Below are positions 17,298-24,861 of a stretch of DNA of 32,000 nucleotides, one piece after another. The stretch's first letter is position 1. Every line of letters starts with the position of its first letter. The position numbers and the translations under genes are program-made. Under the pieces are notes generated by a model that searched no databases, was not told where the DNA came from, and saw nothing but the letters and a program-made list of their open reading frames with translations. This DNA is from Candidatus Saccharimonadota bacterium. Its GTDB lineage: Bacteria > Patescibacteriota > Saccharimonadia > Saccharimonadales > UBA4665. Where the stretch lies: assembly GCA_963718045.1 (NCBI GenBank), contig OY970350.1:720001-752000 (forward strand), written 5' to 3'.

Positions 17298-17372
17298 TGG
17301 TTGCGGGGGCAGGACTCGAACCTGCGACCTATTGGTTATGAGCCAATCGAGCTGCCGCTGCTCCACCCCGCG
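17298..17372 (-). tRNA. initiator tRNA-fMet (CAT)
   Basis: Reverse complement is CGCGGGGTGGAGCAGCGGCAGCTCGATTGGCTCATAACCAATAGGTCGCAGGTTCGAGTCCTGCCCCCGCAACCA. It has the C1xA72 mismatch and is near-identical in acceptor and D regions to E. coli tRNA-fMet as I recall it. CCA is encoded. Confidence 0.92.
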
Positions 17373-17432
17373 ATATACTTATTTGACATGTTATTCTAGC
17401 ATAATATCTTGATCTGGCCAAGAGGTGGAGGT

Positions 17433-17891
17433 TCAGGACTGAGTGTTTCTGTGAAGGAAAAAGTTAATCCAAGCTTCGTAGTTTAGTTCATTGCTGTTAT
17501 TAGTTGTCGCTGCTGATGAACTTGATGGCACATTCTTGGTATAGCTTAGAGCTACACTTGATGGCACTATAAGCTCAGTTTCACCAGGTGCAGCAAGTCC
17601 AAAGTTTTGGCGGGCAGATAATTCTAAGTATTGGTTAGATTTATAGTAGTTATTTTGGAGTGCAATAGTTGAATTTTGTAACTCGGAAACCTGGTTTTGT
17701 TGTTTAAGCTCAGTGACTTGCTTTTGAAGGCCGTAGTTAGACTGAATTGCTTTTGCTCCACTCCAGAATATTAGAAGTACTATGGCCATAAAGATTAATT
17801 GACCAGTAAATCTAATGTCACCAAATTTGGTTAGTTGGTGGGTTAGTTTTTGGGGGTAGTCTTTAAATTTTGATTTCATAGCAATTAACAC
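17433..17891 (-). CDS. FtsB/DivIC-like septum formation initiator
   Basis: Single TM (LIFMAIVLLIFWSG), a coiled coil (LQKQVTELKQQNQVSELQN), then YLELSARQNFGLAAPGETELIVP, typical of the FtsB/DivIC family. The track start is GTG; an alternative ATG lies at 17879. Confidence 0.65.
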   Translation of the reverse strand: MLIAMKSKFKDYPQKLTHQLTKFGDIRFTGQLIFMAIVLLIFWSGAKAIQSNYGLQKQVTELKQQNQVSELQNSTIALQNNYYKSNQYLELSARQNFGLAAPGETELIVPSSVALSYTKNVPSSSSAATTNNSNELNYEAWINFFLHRNTQS

Positions 17892-17953
17892 TTTATATTA
17901 TATAACTTTAGCTAAGTTCTGTTATACTTTTTATCTGTTAGGTAGCTAACAAT

Positions 17954-18232
17954 GGGGGCGTAGCTCATCGGTTAGAGCAGGCGGCTCAATAGGGCTGCTT
18001 ACATGGGTAACCAGTAAGTATATCCTGCCAAATTCGGGGAAACCTTATACTTTCAAGTATTGGTAATCCCGAGCCAAGTCCTGTGTTAAACGGGAAAGGT
18101 GTAGAGACTGTACGGTAGGCATCCTTATGGATGAAGAGACAGTCCGGACCACAAACTCTTTACGAGGCAACGAAAGTTGTAGTGGCGTGCATAACCGCTT
18201 GGTGGTAGGTTCGATTCCTACCGCCCCCACCA
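17954..18232 (+). tRNA. intron-containing tRNA(CAT), tRNA-Ile2 (lysidine)-like; exons 17954-17986 and 18190-18232
   Basis: The joined exons give a 76-nt cloverleaf. Elements: acceptor GGGGGCG/CGCCCCC, D arm GCTC/GAGC, anticodon stem GGCGG/CCGCT, loop CT-CAT-AA, variable TGGTG, T arm GTAGG-TTCGATT-CCTAC, discriminator A, CCA. The anticodon arm and variable region closely match E. coli ileX as I recall it (GGCGA-CUCAUAA-UCGCU-UGGUC). Confidence 0.85.
17987..18189 (+). ncRNA. group I intron (small IC3-like, no ORF) in the tRNA anticodon loop
   Basis: 203 nt. P1: exon CGGCU (17982-17986) pairs with intron GGCUG (17993-17997), with a U33-G wobble at the splice site. P2 hairpin 17998-18018 has a GUAA tetraloop. 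Core strings CCAAATTCGGGGAAACC (18028-18044), CCCGAGCCAAG (18068-18078) and AAGGTGTAGAGACT (18096-18109) parallel the Azoarcus tRNA-Ile intron from memory. It ends in G (18189). Confidence 0.85.
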
Positions 18233-18284
18233 TTTCAATAAAATATGTCGTAACCTCTTTAAATTTCAGTTCTGACATCCATCA

Positions 18285-19277
18285 TTAAGCTACAACTCTT
18301 AATGCCTGCCTGCCAATATGCCTATCTCTATTTTTTTGAGTTAACTCAGTTGCTATTTGGTCCAGTTCGGGGACAGGAAAGGGCGGTGTGTTTCCGTCTC
18401 TAACGGCAGTGTCATTTAAGTGATTGAGTAGATCGTCATCTCGACGAAGAGGCGAGACGAAACCACCATAAGGGTTTAAACGCAATGATCCATGGCCAGT
18501 AGGTATGGTAGAAAATTCAGTGACTCCGAATAAGCTGTCTGGGATGTCTTCTTGAGGTTCATCAGGATTTTTACTGTCAGGTTCTAATTCAGATTTTGGC
18601 GGTCTTTGCTTTTGATTTCTATATATCCACGGTATGCCTTGTCTTAGTGCGTCTTTGGCAACCAAGTGATTGGCGGTAACCATCATCATCTGAACACTAT
18701 ATGGTGCTATATTTGTAGGAGGAGCTTTTAGACTGGCACCAATGTGCGGGCCAAGAAGTTTAGCAACTGTTGCAATTCTAACGGCACGATCGTCTTCACT
18801 ACGTATTAAGTTGTCAAATTCACTGTAGTCAGTAGTTAAGTAATCGGTCAACCTTGTACGCTGTAGACTATAGTTAAAGATTCCATCATTTTCTGGATCG
18901 AAGTCAAAACCGACTGTTACCGTTGGAATACCTGGACCATAAGGGTCAGCACCTAAGTTTAATAGCCCTCTATATAAACTTTGGGGTAACATAGCACCAT
19001 TATCTTCGCTACGACTTTGAGCCGTTTTACTATATCTGCTCCAACCTCTTCGTCGGGCATTTTGAACTGCTAAAGATTCTGGATCGATTATTCCACAGTC
19101 GACGATGTGAATTCCAACTTCCCAGAATCCATCATAATTCCAGTCTGCTCTTATAAAATCATCAATTTCTTGGGGTTTAGGTGAGTCAATCGCAATACCG
19201 GTTTCTGGAGGGCGATCTAATAGTTCTTTCTGAGAAAAATGCCAAGTGCCTTCGATGCATTCAGCTGAGACCGACAT
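18285..19277 (-). CDS. RNB-domain-only RNase II/R-family exoribonuclease homologue
   Basis: 330 aa. Motif I is IAID(31)SPKPQE(37)ID(39)D(40)F followed by GIHIVDCG. It also has ARRRGWSRY...MLPQSL, MMMVTANHLVAKDALRQGIPWIYRNQ and HGSLRLNPYGGFVSPLRRDDDLLNH (compare SPIRRYxDLxxH). No CSD or S1 domains. Confidence 0.7.
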   Translation of the reverse strand: MSVSAECIEGTWHFSQKELLDRPPETGIAIDSPKPQEIDDFIRADWNYDGFWEVGIHIVDCGIIDPESLAVQNARRRGWSRYSKTAQSRSEDNGAMLPQSLYRGLLNLGADPYGPGIPTVTVGFDFDPENDGIFNYSLQRTRLTDYLTTDYSEFDNLIRSEDDRAVRIATVAKLLGPHIGASLKAPPTNIAPYSVQMMMVTANHLVAKDALRQGIPWIYRNQKQRPPKSELEPDSKNPDEPQEDIPDSLFGVTEFSTIPTGHGSLRLNPYGGFVSPLRRDDDLLNHLNDTAVRDGNTPPFPVPELDQIATELTQKNRDRHIGRQALRVVA

Positions 19278-19402
19278 GGATCCTTCTCAGTATCATAGCT
19301 TTATATAAGCATAAGTTTATTAATATGTTAATACTAAAACTTGGGGATTAAACTGTTAATGTTTGGAGAGCCATCAGGGGCTTGAACTTTCTGGGTATCA
19401 AA

Positions 19403-19423
19403 ATGGTTCTAGTTTGGTTCGGT
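19403..19423. repeat. 21-bp direct repeat copy A (downstream of HD gene)
   Basis: atggttctaGTttggttcggt matches 20073-20093 at 19 of 21 positions, same orientation. Confidence 0.55.
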
Positions 19424-19437
19424 GCGCCATATCAGAT

Positions 19438-20064
19438 CTAAGGTTGAGGGAAAAGGTGTAGATTTTTCTCCAAAATACTGTATAGCTCATGATAATACTC
19501 TGCTATTTCAGGTGACGTTGGGATTTTCTTCTCTTTTTCTTCTGTAAATTTAGCAAATGTAATACCCAGCTTATGCCAAATACGTCCTTCATTAAGATAG
19601 TCCATGATTGCTGGCTGTAATTTATCTAAAGCATAAACAAACTTAGCTTCCTCACTCTGGCCTTTTTCGTACTCCGTAATAGCATCAGTCAAGTCCGGGA
19701 AATCTGCCCAGTTTCTTTTTAGCTTGACTATGGCCTTTCGTTCTCGATCTTTTTGGTCTCTAATAGCCTCTTTATCATAGGAAAAAGTATCACCCGCATA
19801 GATTTCAACTATATCGTGAGCTAGACTAAGCTTAATCAACTTGCCGACATCTAGGTGGGGAAAAGAGGGTGCCAAAAACCACGCAATTATCGCCAGCGAG
19901 AAGCTATGGTCTATATCGTTCTCTGCTGTATCGACTGTAGGCGGTATACAGACCTTACGTTCTATTGAACCAAAAACCAATAACATACTCTGTAAATCAA
20001 TAATCCGTTTAACGGTAGGCTTGCTGATGGGTGCTGACTTGTCCATTAGTTTAAAATTATACAT
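19438..20064 (-). CDS. HD-domain phosphohydrolase (YfbR-like 5'-nucleotidase family)
   Basis: 208 aa. H..HSFSLAIIAWFL, then LSLAHDIVEIYAGDTF (HD...D metal ligands), in the YfbR/HD_3-like arrangement. Confidence 0.7.
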   Translation of the reverse strand: MYNFKLMDKSAPISKPTVKRIIDLQSMLLVFGSIERKVCIPPTVDTAENDIDHSFSLAIIAWFLAPSFPHLDVGKLIKLSLAHDIVEIYAGDTFSYDKEAIRDQKDRERKAIVKLKRNWADFPDLTDAITEYEKGQSEEAKFVYALDKLQPAIMDYLNEGRIWHKLGITFAKFTEEKEKKIPTSPEIAEYYHELYSILEKNLHLFPQP

Positions 20065-20072
20065 CTACTAAG

Positions 20073-20093
20073 ATGGTTCTAACTTGGTTCGGT
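20073..20093. repeat. 21-bp direct repeat copy B (overlaps last codons and stop of dus)
   Basis: atggttctaACttggttcggt. On the minus strand it reads ACC GAA CCA AGT TAG AACCAT, which is TEPS-stop of dus plus 6 nt. Confidence 0.55.
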
Positions 20094-21062
20094 ATACTTC
20101 ACCGCTTGTTCGTCTATTAGACTTAGAAGTTCATCAAAATCTTTAGCGGCCATTAACTTTTCTCGTATTTCACTTGCCCCTTCAAAGTTATTTATGTAAA
20201 CCTTACAAAACTTATTAAGTATCTTGACTGGCCTGGTTGATCCCCATGTCTTATGAAACAACTCTACATGATACTTAAACAGTCCTAGTTTTTGTTCTTT
20301 GGTCATATCTTGCCAAGGACTATTTTTAGAAAAAATATACGGGTCATTAAATATCCCCCGGCCAATCATGATACCGTCTAATTTATACTCTTTAGCTAAT
20401 TTTTCAGCCTGTTCTCTGCTTAATACATCGCCGTTACCAACGATTAGAGTATTAGGAGATACTTTGTCTCTAAGCTTCCCGATTTCACCTATAACCTGCC
20501 AGTTGGCTGGTACTTTGCTCATTTCTGTCCGTGTTCGTCCGTGAATAATCAGCATGTCTAGGTCTTGATTTAATAAGAACTCATGCCAGCTTAGGTCAAT
20601 TTCATAAAAGCCTAGTCTTGTTTTAACGCTAATGGGCAGTTTGCCTTTTGCGCCTTTCTTGGTAGCCTGGATAATTTCTTGTGCTAAAGGCCGGTTATTC
20701 ATCAGGCCGCTGCAGGCCCCATTAGAAACGACATCTTTAACAGGACAGCCCATGTTTACGTCTATGCCAGCAAAATCACCATATACTCCAGCAACTATTT
20801 CTTTAGCGCACAACATATAATTCTCAGGTTTTAAGCCCCATACTTGGGCTATCAGAGGTTGATCAATATCTGTATGGTTTAGCTTAATCCTTACTTTATC
20901 TCTACCTTTACTCTGAAGACCATCGACGTTAACAAATTCACTGAAAAATAGATCTGGTTTAGCACATTTGGCTACTATCTGTCTAAAAACAGTGTCAGTG
21001 ACTTCGTCCATTGGCGCAAGTATAAAGAAGGGTTTTGCTAAACTGCTCAGTTTATTACTCAT
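20079..21062 (-). CDS. dus: tRNA-dihydrouridine synthase (Dus family)
   Basis: 327 aa with FILAPMDEVTDTVFRQIV, catalytic NMGCPV and IIHGRTR, plus a C-terminal helical domain. Confidence 0.9.
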   Translation of the reverse strand: MSNKLSSLAKPFFILAPMDEVTDTVFRQIVAKCAKPDLFFSEFVNVDGLQSKGRDKVRIKLNHTDIDQPLIAQVWGLKPENYMLCAKEIVAGVYGDFAGIDVNMGCPVKDVVSNGACSGLMNNRPLAQEIIQATKKGAKGKLPISVKTRLGFYEIDLSWHEFLLNQDLDMLIIHGRTRTEMSKVPANWQVIGEIGKLRDKVSPNTLIVGNGDVLSREQAEKLAKEYKLDGIMIGRGIFNDPYIFSKNSPWQDMTKEQKLGLFKYHVELFHKTWGSTRPVKILNKFCKVYINNFEGASEIREKLMAAKDFDELLSLIDEQAVKYTEPS

Positions 21063-21071
21063 CTACGTATA

Positions 21072-22397
21072 CTAGCTTGTAACATCTAGTCCAAGAATAC
21101 TTATCGAGGCATCGCTAGATGCTCTCAGTTCTCGCCTTAGTTTAGCAGGAGTGCCGGCTGGGAGAACAGCAAATTTTGACAAGATTAGCCTTAGATAACT
21201 TTCTCTTCGCATCTGGTCTTGGACAGCGAGGTTAATAACCTTTCGAGCGTCACCAACGTTTAGATTTTTAACAGCTTCAGTGATACGATCTGCAACATCA
21301 GGGGTTGTAAAGTGAGGATTATATATATCGCCTACCATCTTACGCTTAAGATTGTTCGTAACAGGTTTTTCACTATCCAAGCGGTCAGTTTTTGTAGCTA
21401 GGGGATTTGCCATTACTACACCACTACCGGTCTTAAGAAAAGTCTGAATATCTAGGTAACGAATAAGAGCTGGATAACCTGGGTGATCAAGACTTATAAC
21501 ATCAGTTTCTTCGCCAAGCGTTATTCTTTGGTTTACACATTCTTGGAGTAATATTTCTAAGTCTTGAAGGGCTTCTCTAGATCTTACTGCATCCTCATAA
21601 TAATCTCCTGTCTCATAGACAATACTAACTGGGCCACGCTTAGGATTAAGCTGGCTGTTACCAGGAAGACGCCTGATAGATTGGCTGAAGTTATAGACTC
21701 CAATGAAATGATTGGTTAATCTTAGCGGATACTTAGGATTATCTAAATAATCTAGGTAGGTAATGAGCTGATTTTTCTCTTGATTTGTAGTTGGGGAGAA
21801 ACCAGCTCGTGGATCATCGAGTAATGCCTGGAGCCTAGCTGGGGTATCCAGTGTCTCGGTAACCTCAGCTACGCCTTGTTCTTTATGATCAGATGTTTTA
21901 TGTGGTCTAAGATTATGCATCCTGTTAGACTCAGACTGTAACAACATCATCTGATCAATCTGGGCAATTAGGTCTAGCATATATTCTTGGGGACTCTTTG
22001 TTTGATGACTTCGCGAGAAGTATTCTTTCCAAAAAGATGTGAAAAGCTGTTGTCCTGTAGCACCTACTGTTCGCATTTCTCTAAGACTAAAATCCTCGCT
22101 CACCTCCAGTCTATCTGAACCACTAGACTGTATGAACATCGTCTGGGCATCATATTTAAGTCGCCCTGCTTTGGCTCTAGAATTTCGTACAATAGGTGAT
22201 AGACCAGCAACTCTATCCAGAAACTGAGCTTGTTGCAGATTAGCAATTGTATTCTGTAGAAGAATGGAGCGCTCAACAATATTAACTTTTACGCCATCAA
22301 CAGATTCTTGTGTATCAAACCGTGAGTCTGGGCTAGTTTGCCCTGTGATTGATGATATTACAAAAAATTCAGCTTGTTCTGGTTTAGTTGGCTTCAT
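21072..22397 (-). CDS. hypothetical soluble protein, no recognisable domain
   Basis: 441-aa uninterrupted ORF with no TM segments. Its stop is 9 nt from the dus start, so it is probably co-transcribed. Confidence 0.7.
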   Translation of the reverse strand: MKPTKPEQAEFFVISSITGQTSPDSRFDTQESVDGVKVNIVERSILLQNTIANLQQAQFLDRVAGLSPIVRNSRAKAGRLKYDAQTMFIQSSGSDRLEVSEDFSLREMRTVGATGQQLFTSFWKEYFSRSHQTKSPQEYMLDLIAQIDQMMLLQSESNRMHNLRPHKTSDHKEQGVAEVTETLDTPARLQALLDDPRAGFSPTTNQEKNQLITYLDYLDNPKYPLRLTNHFIGVYNFSQSIRRLPGNSQLNPKRGPVSIVYETGDYYEDAVRSREALQDLEILLQECVNQRITLGEETDVISLDHPGYPALIRYLDIQTFLKTGSGVVMANPLATKTDRLDSEKPVTNNLKRKMVGDIYNPHFTTPDVADRITEAVKNLNVGDARKVINLAVQDQMRRESYLRLILSKFAVLPAGTPAKLRRELRASSDASISILGLDVTS

Positions 22398-22474
22398 ATA
22401 AAATAACTCTAGTCATAACCTTCCCGCTAAAACCAAATAGCTTAATCTAAATCAGGACTAATTTCCCCGATTAT

Positions 22475-22804
22475 TTAACCAAGTATATCTTTTCGATTAT
22501 TCAAATAGCGACGAGTGGCACCTTTATATGGATTATACGGGTCATGTGGCACTCTAGGTAATCGTTTTCGCAGGTCAGCACGAATCTGTTCGACATCGAC
22601 CTCTTCGGCATCTATTCCCTTAGTATCGGCTGGAGTTTGCGTGCCCGTTTCGGTATCAGTTACTGGGAATTCAGGATGTGTTTCTTCAAGTTGTCGTAGA
22701 TTCTCTGCTTGAGAATCATTAGAATAAACTGGGGCATTAGGTCCAGTATAAGAAGGTAGAACTTCACCTTCATGTTCTTTCCAATTGGGGCTAGCTTCTG
22801 TCAT
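22475..22804 (-). CDS. hypothetical acidic, probably disordered protein with basic C-terminal tail
   Basis: 109 aa. Rich in E/D/T/P (PEFPVTDTETGTQTPADTKGIDAEEVDVEQ), then RKRLPRVPHDPYNPYKGATRRYLNNRK. No SD seen. Confidence 0.5.
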   Translation of the reverse strand: MTEASPNWKEHEGEVLPSYTGPNAPVYSNDSQAENLRQLEETHPEFPVTDTETGTQTPADTKGIDAEEVDVEQIRADLRKRLPRVPHDPYNPYKGATRRYLNNRKDILG

Positions 22805-22837
22805 AGTATATACTATATCACACTTACGCTTAGTTGT

Positions 22838-24079
22838 CTATTCCCACTTGAAGACTCTAAAGGCTATAACGTAGATAACTACTAGCCAGAGAGCAACAAG
22901 GCCTAATTGAGGCCCTATTTGAACTAGGCTCTTGCCTTCTGTTGTCAGCATTCTAAGACCATCAATAACTGGAGTGAGGGGCAGATAATTAGTTATTTTT
23001 TGCAGCCAACCGGGCATTAGGTATCTAGGGAAGAAAGTACCGGATAGAAATAGCATTGGGAAGACAATAATATTAGATAGTGGAGCCGCCTGTCTTTCGT
23101 TCTTGGCCCAGCCACCAATTGCTAGTCCGATACCTAAGATCATAAAGATTGACAGAATTACGAATAATAATATTTCAAAATAGTTACCATCTATCTTTAG
23201 GTGAAAGACTGCAATAGCAACCATAAATTGGACGAGGACGGCTACAGAGCCGGTTATGGCCTGACTAAACATAGTTGCCATGAAATACTGCCAAACTCTT
23301 ATAGGGGTAGTGTGGAGACGCCTTAAAATGCCTTGTTTCTTAAGTTCCGGGAAGACATTAACCGGCCCGAATATGCCTATACCGGCAATAGTGAAACCGA
23401 GAAGTCCTGAAAAGGTATAGTCAAAATTGGTTAAACTCTTTTGACTTAACTGGTCGCCGATCGCCTTAAAAGGAATGACAACGGGTACAAAATGGGCGTT
23501 AAATGGTTCTAGATTTGACTGTAACAGCGAAGTTAATGTTTGGCCGGCAGACTGTTCATTTTCAGTATAAACAACCTGTAGAGTTCCAGTTGGTTGGCCG
23601 TTCTTATTTGTCTGGCCAAAGCTGGATGGAATAACAATGGCTCCGTCTAGTTGGTTTTTATCCATGGTTGATTCTGCTACAGATATACTATTTATGCTGT
23701 GGTTAATCTTATAGGTTTTATTTAACTCGATACTCTTGATTAGTTCATCAGCATAGCTGGTCTTAGATTGGTTAATGATGGCAATAGAAAATGAGACTTT
23801 ATTGTTGCTAGCTGTTAGAGAACCGAAAACAAATAGGAAGATTAAGGGGAATAATATGCCAAAGAATAGAGCTAAGCGGTCCCTGAAGAATCTTTTAGTT
23901 GAAAGTTTAGTGAATACTCCTACGGTATACAGTTTCTGCTTCCACCCGGTTAGAGGAGGTTTATTTTGACTAGGCCCGTTTGCCTTTACCTGCTTAGTCT
24001 TATTCTTAAACCGTTTGTTATATACCCTAATACTAAAGACAATGACTGCAGCCGCGATTAATATGTAGTCAACTGTCAT
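22838..24079 (-). CDS. ABC-2 type transporter permease
   Basis: 413 aa. N-terminal TM, a large extracytoplasmic loop, then about 5 C-terminal TMs. Its start overlaps the ATPase stop (TAATG). Confidence 0.85.
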   Translation of the reverse strand: MTVDYILIAAAVIVFSIRVYNKRFKNKTKQVKANGPSQNKPPLTGWKQKLYTVGVFTKLSTKRFFRDRLALFFGILFPLIFLFVFGSLTASNNKVSFSIAIINQSKTSYADELIKSIELNKTYKINHSINSISVAESTMDKNQLDGAIVIPSSFGQTNKNGQPTGTLQVVYTENEQSAGQTLTSLLQSNLEPFNAHFVPVVIPFKAIGDQLSQKSLTNFDYTFSGLLGFTIAGIGIFGPVNVFPELKKQGILRRLHTTPIRVWQYFMATMFSQAITGSVAVLVQFMVAIAVFHLKIDGNYFEILLFVILSIFMILGIGLAIGGWAKNERQAAPLSNIIVFPMLFLSGTFFPRYLMPGWLQKITNYLPLTPVIDGLRMLTTEGKSLVQIGPQLGLVALWLVVIYVIAFRVFKWE

Positions 24080-24837
24080 TAGTCTCTCAGCGCCTTTCCA
24101 GTTAGATCTATAAAGACATCATCAAGGTTAGCCTGTTCAACCCGCTGGGTTTTTTTAAAGCCTCGGCTAAGTAGCTGCTTTATTAGATTGCGCGGTGTGT
24201 CCAGGGCAATGATTTTACCATTGTCCATAATAGCTACCCGGTTACAAAGAAGTTCTGCTTCATCCAGATAATGGGTAGTTAAAATAACGGTCACTCCCCT
24301 GTCTCTGACCATCCTGACAAGGTCCCAAAGGTTACGTCTGGCTTGAGGATCCAGCCCGGTTGTTGGTTCGTCTAGGAAGAACACTTTAGGGCTATGAACC
24401 AGAGCGGCTGCTATGGACAACCTTTGTCTTTGACCGCCAGATAGCTGTTCAGCGTAACTATTGGCCTTTTCACCAAGCTGGACTTCGTCTAGGAAGGTCT
24501 GAACATTAGTTCTTTCACCGTAAGCGGCAGCGAACATTTCAATAATCTCAAACAGTTTTTGTTTGTCTTGGAAGGCCGGGCTTTGCGGCTGGACGCCGAT
24601 TATCCTCTTAACTTCTTGCGGCTGAGTTGCCACATCTAGTCCGGTAATGGTTATTTTGCCCTTATCTATGGAGCGCATGGTCTCAATCATCTCGAGAGTC
24701 GTAGTCTTACCAGCACCATTAGGCCCTAAGATGCCAAAAATCTCATCTTTAAAAACATCAAAAGAAATGTCATCGACAGCAGGCTTGCCGTCATAACTTT
24801 TCGACAGGTTACGGACTTTAAGAATTATATCGGCCAT
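24079..24837 (-). CDS. ABC transporter ATP-binding protein (ABC-2/drug-exporter subfamily)
   Basis: Walker A GPNGAGKTT, signature LSGGQRQRL, Walker B FFLDEPTTGLD, and H-loop TTHYLDEAE. Confidence 0.95.
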   Translation of the reverse strand: MADIILKVRNLSKSYDGKPAVDDISFDVFKDEIFGILGPNGAGKTTTLEMIETMRSIDKGKITITGLDVATQPQEVKRIIGVQPQSPAFQDKQKLFEIIEMFAAAYGERTNVQTFLDEVQLGEKANSYAEQLSGGQRQRLSIAAALVHSPKVFFLDEPTTGLDPQARRNLWDLVRMVRDRGVTVILTTHYLDEAELLCNRVAIMDNGKIIALDTPRNLIKQLLSRGFKKTQRVEQANLDDVFIDLTGKALRD

Positions 24838-24861
24838 GGAGTTAGATTATATTAGGAAACT

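Noticed and set aside
18045-18278. 77-aa minus-strand ORF (MSELKFKEVTTYFIEMVGAVGIEPTTKRL...)
   Set aside because: It is antisense to the tRNA 3' exon and group I intron. The GIEPTT string is the typical translation artefact of a tRNA T-arm read in reverse.
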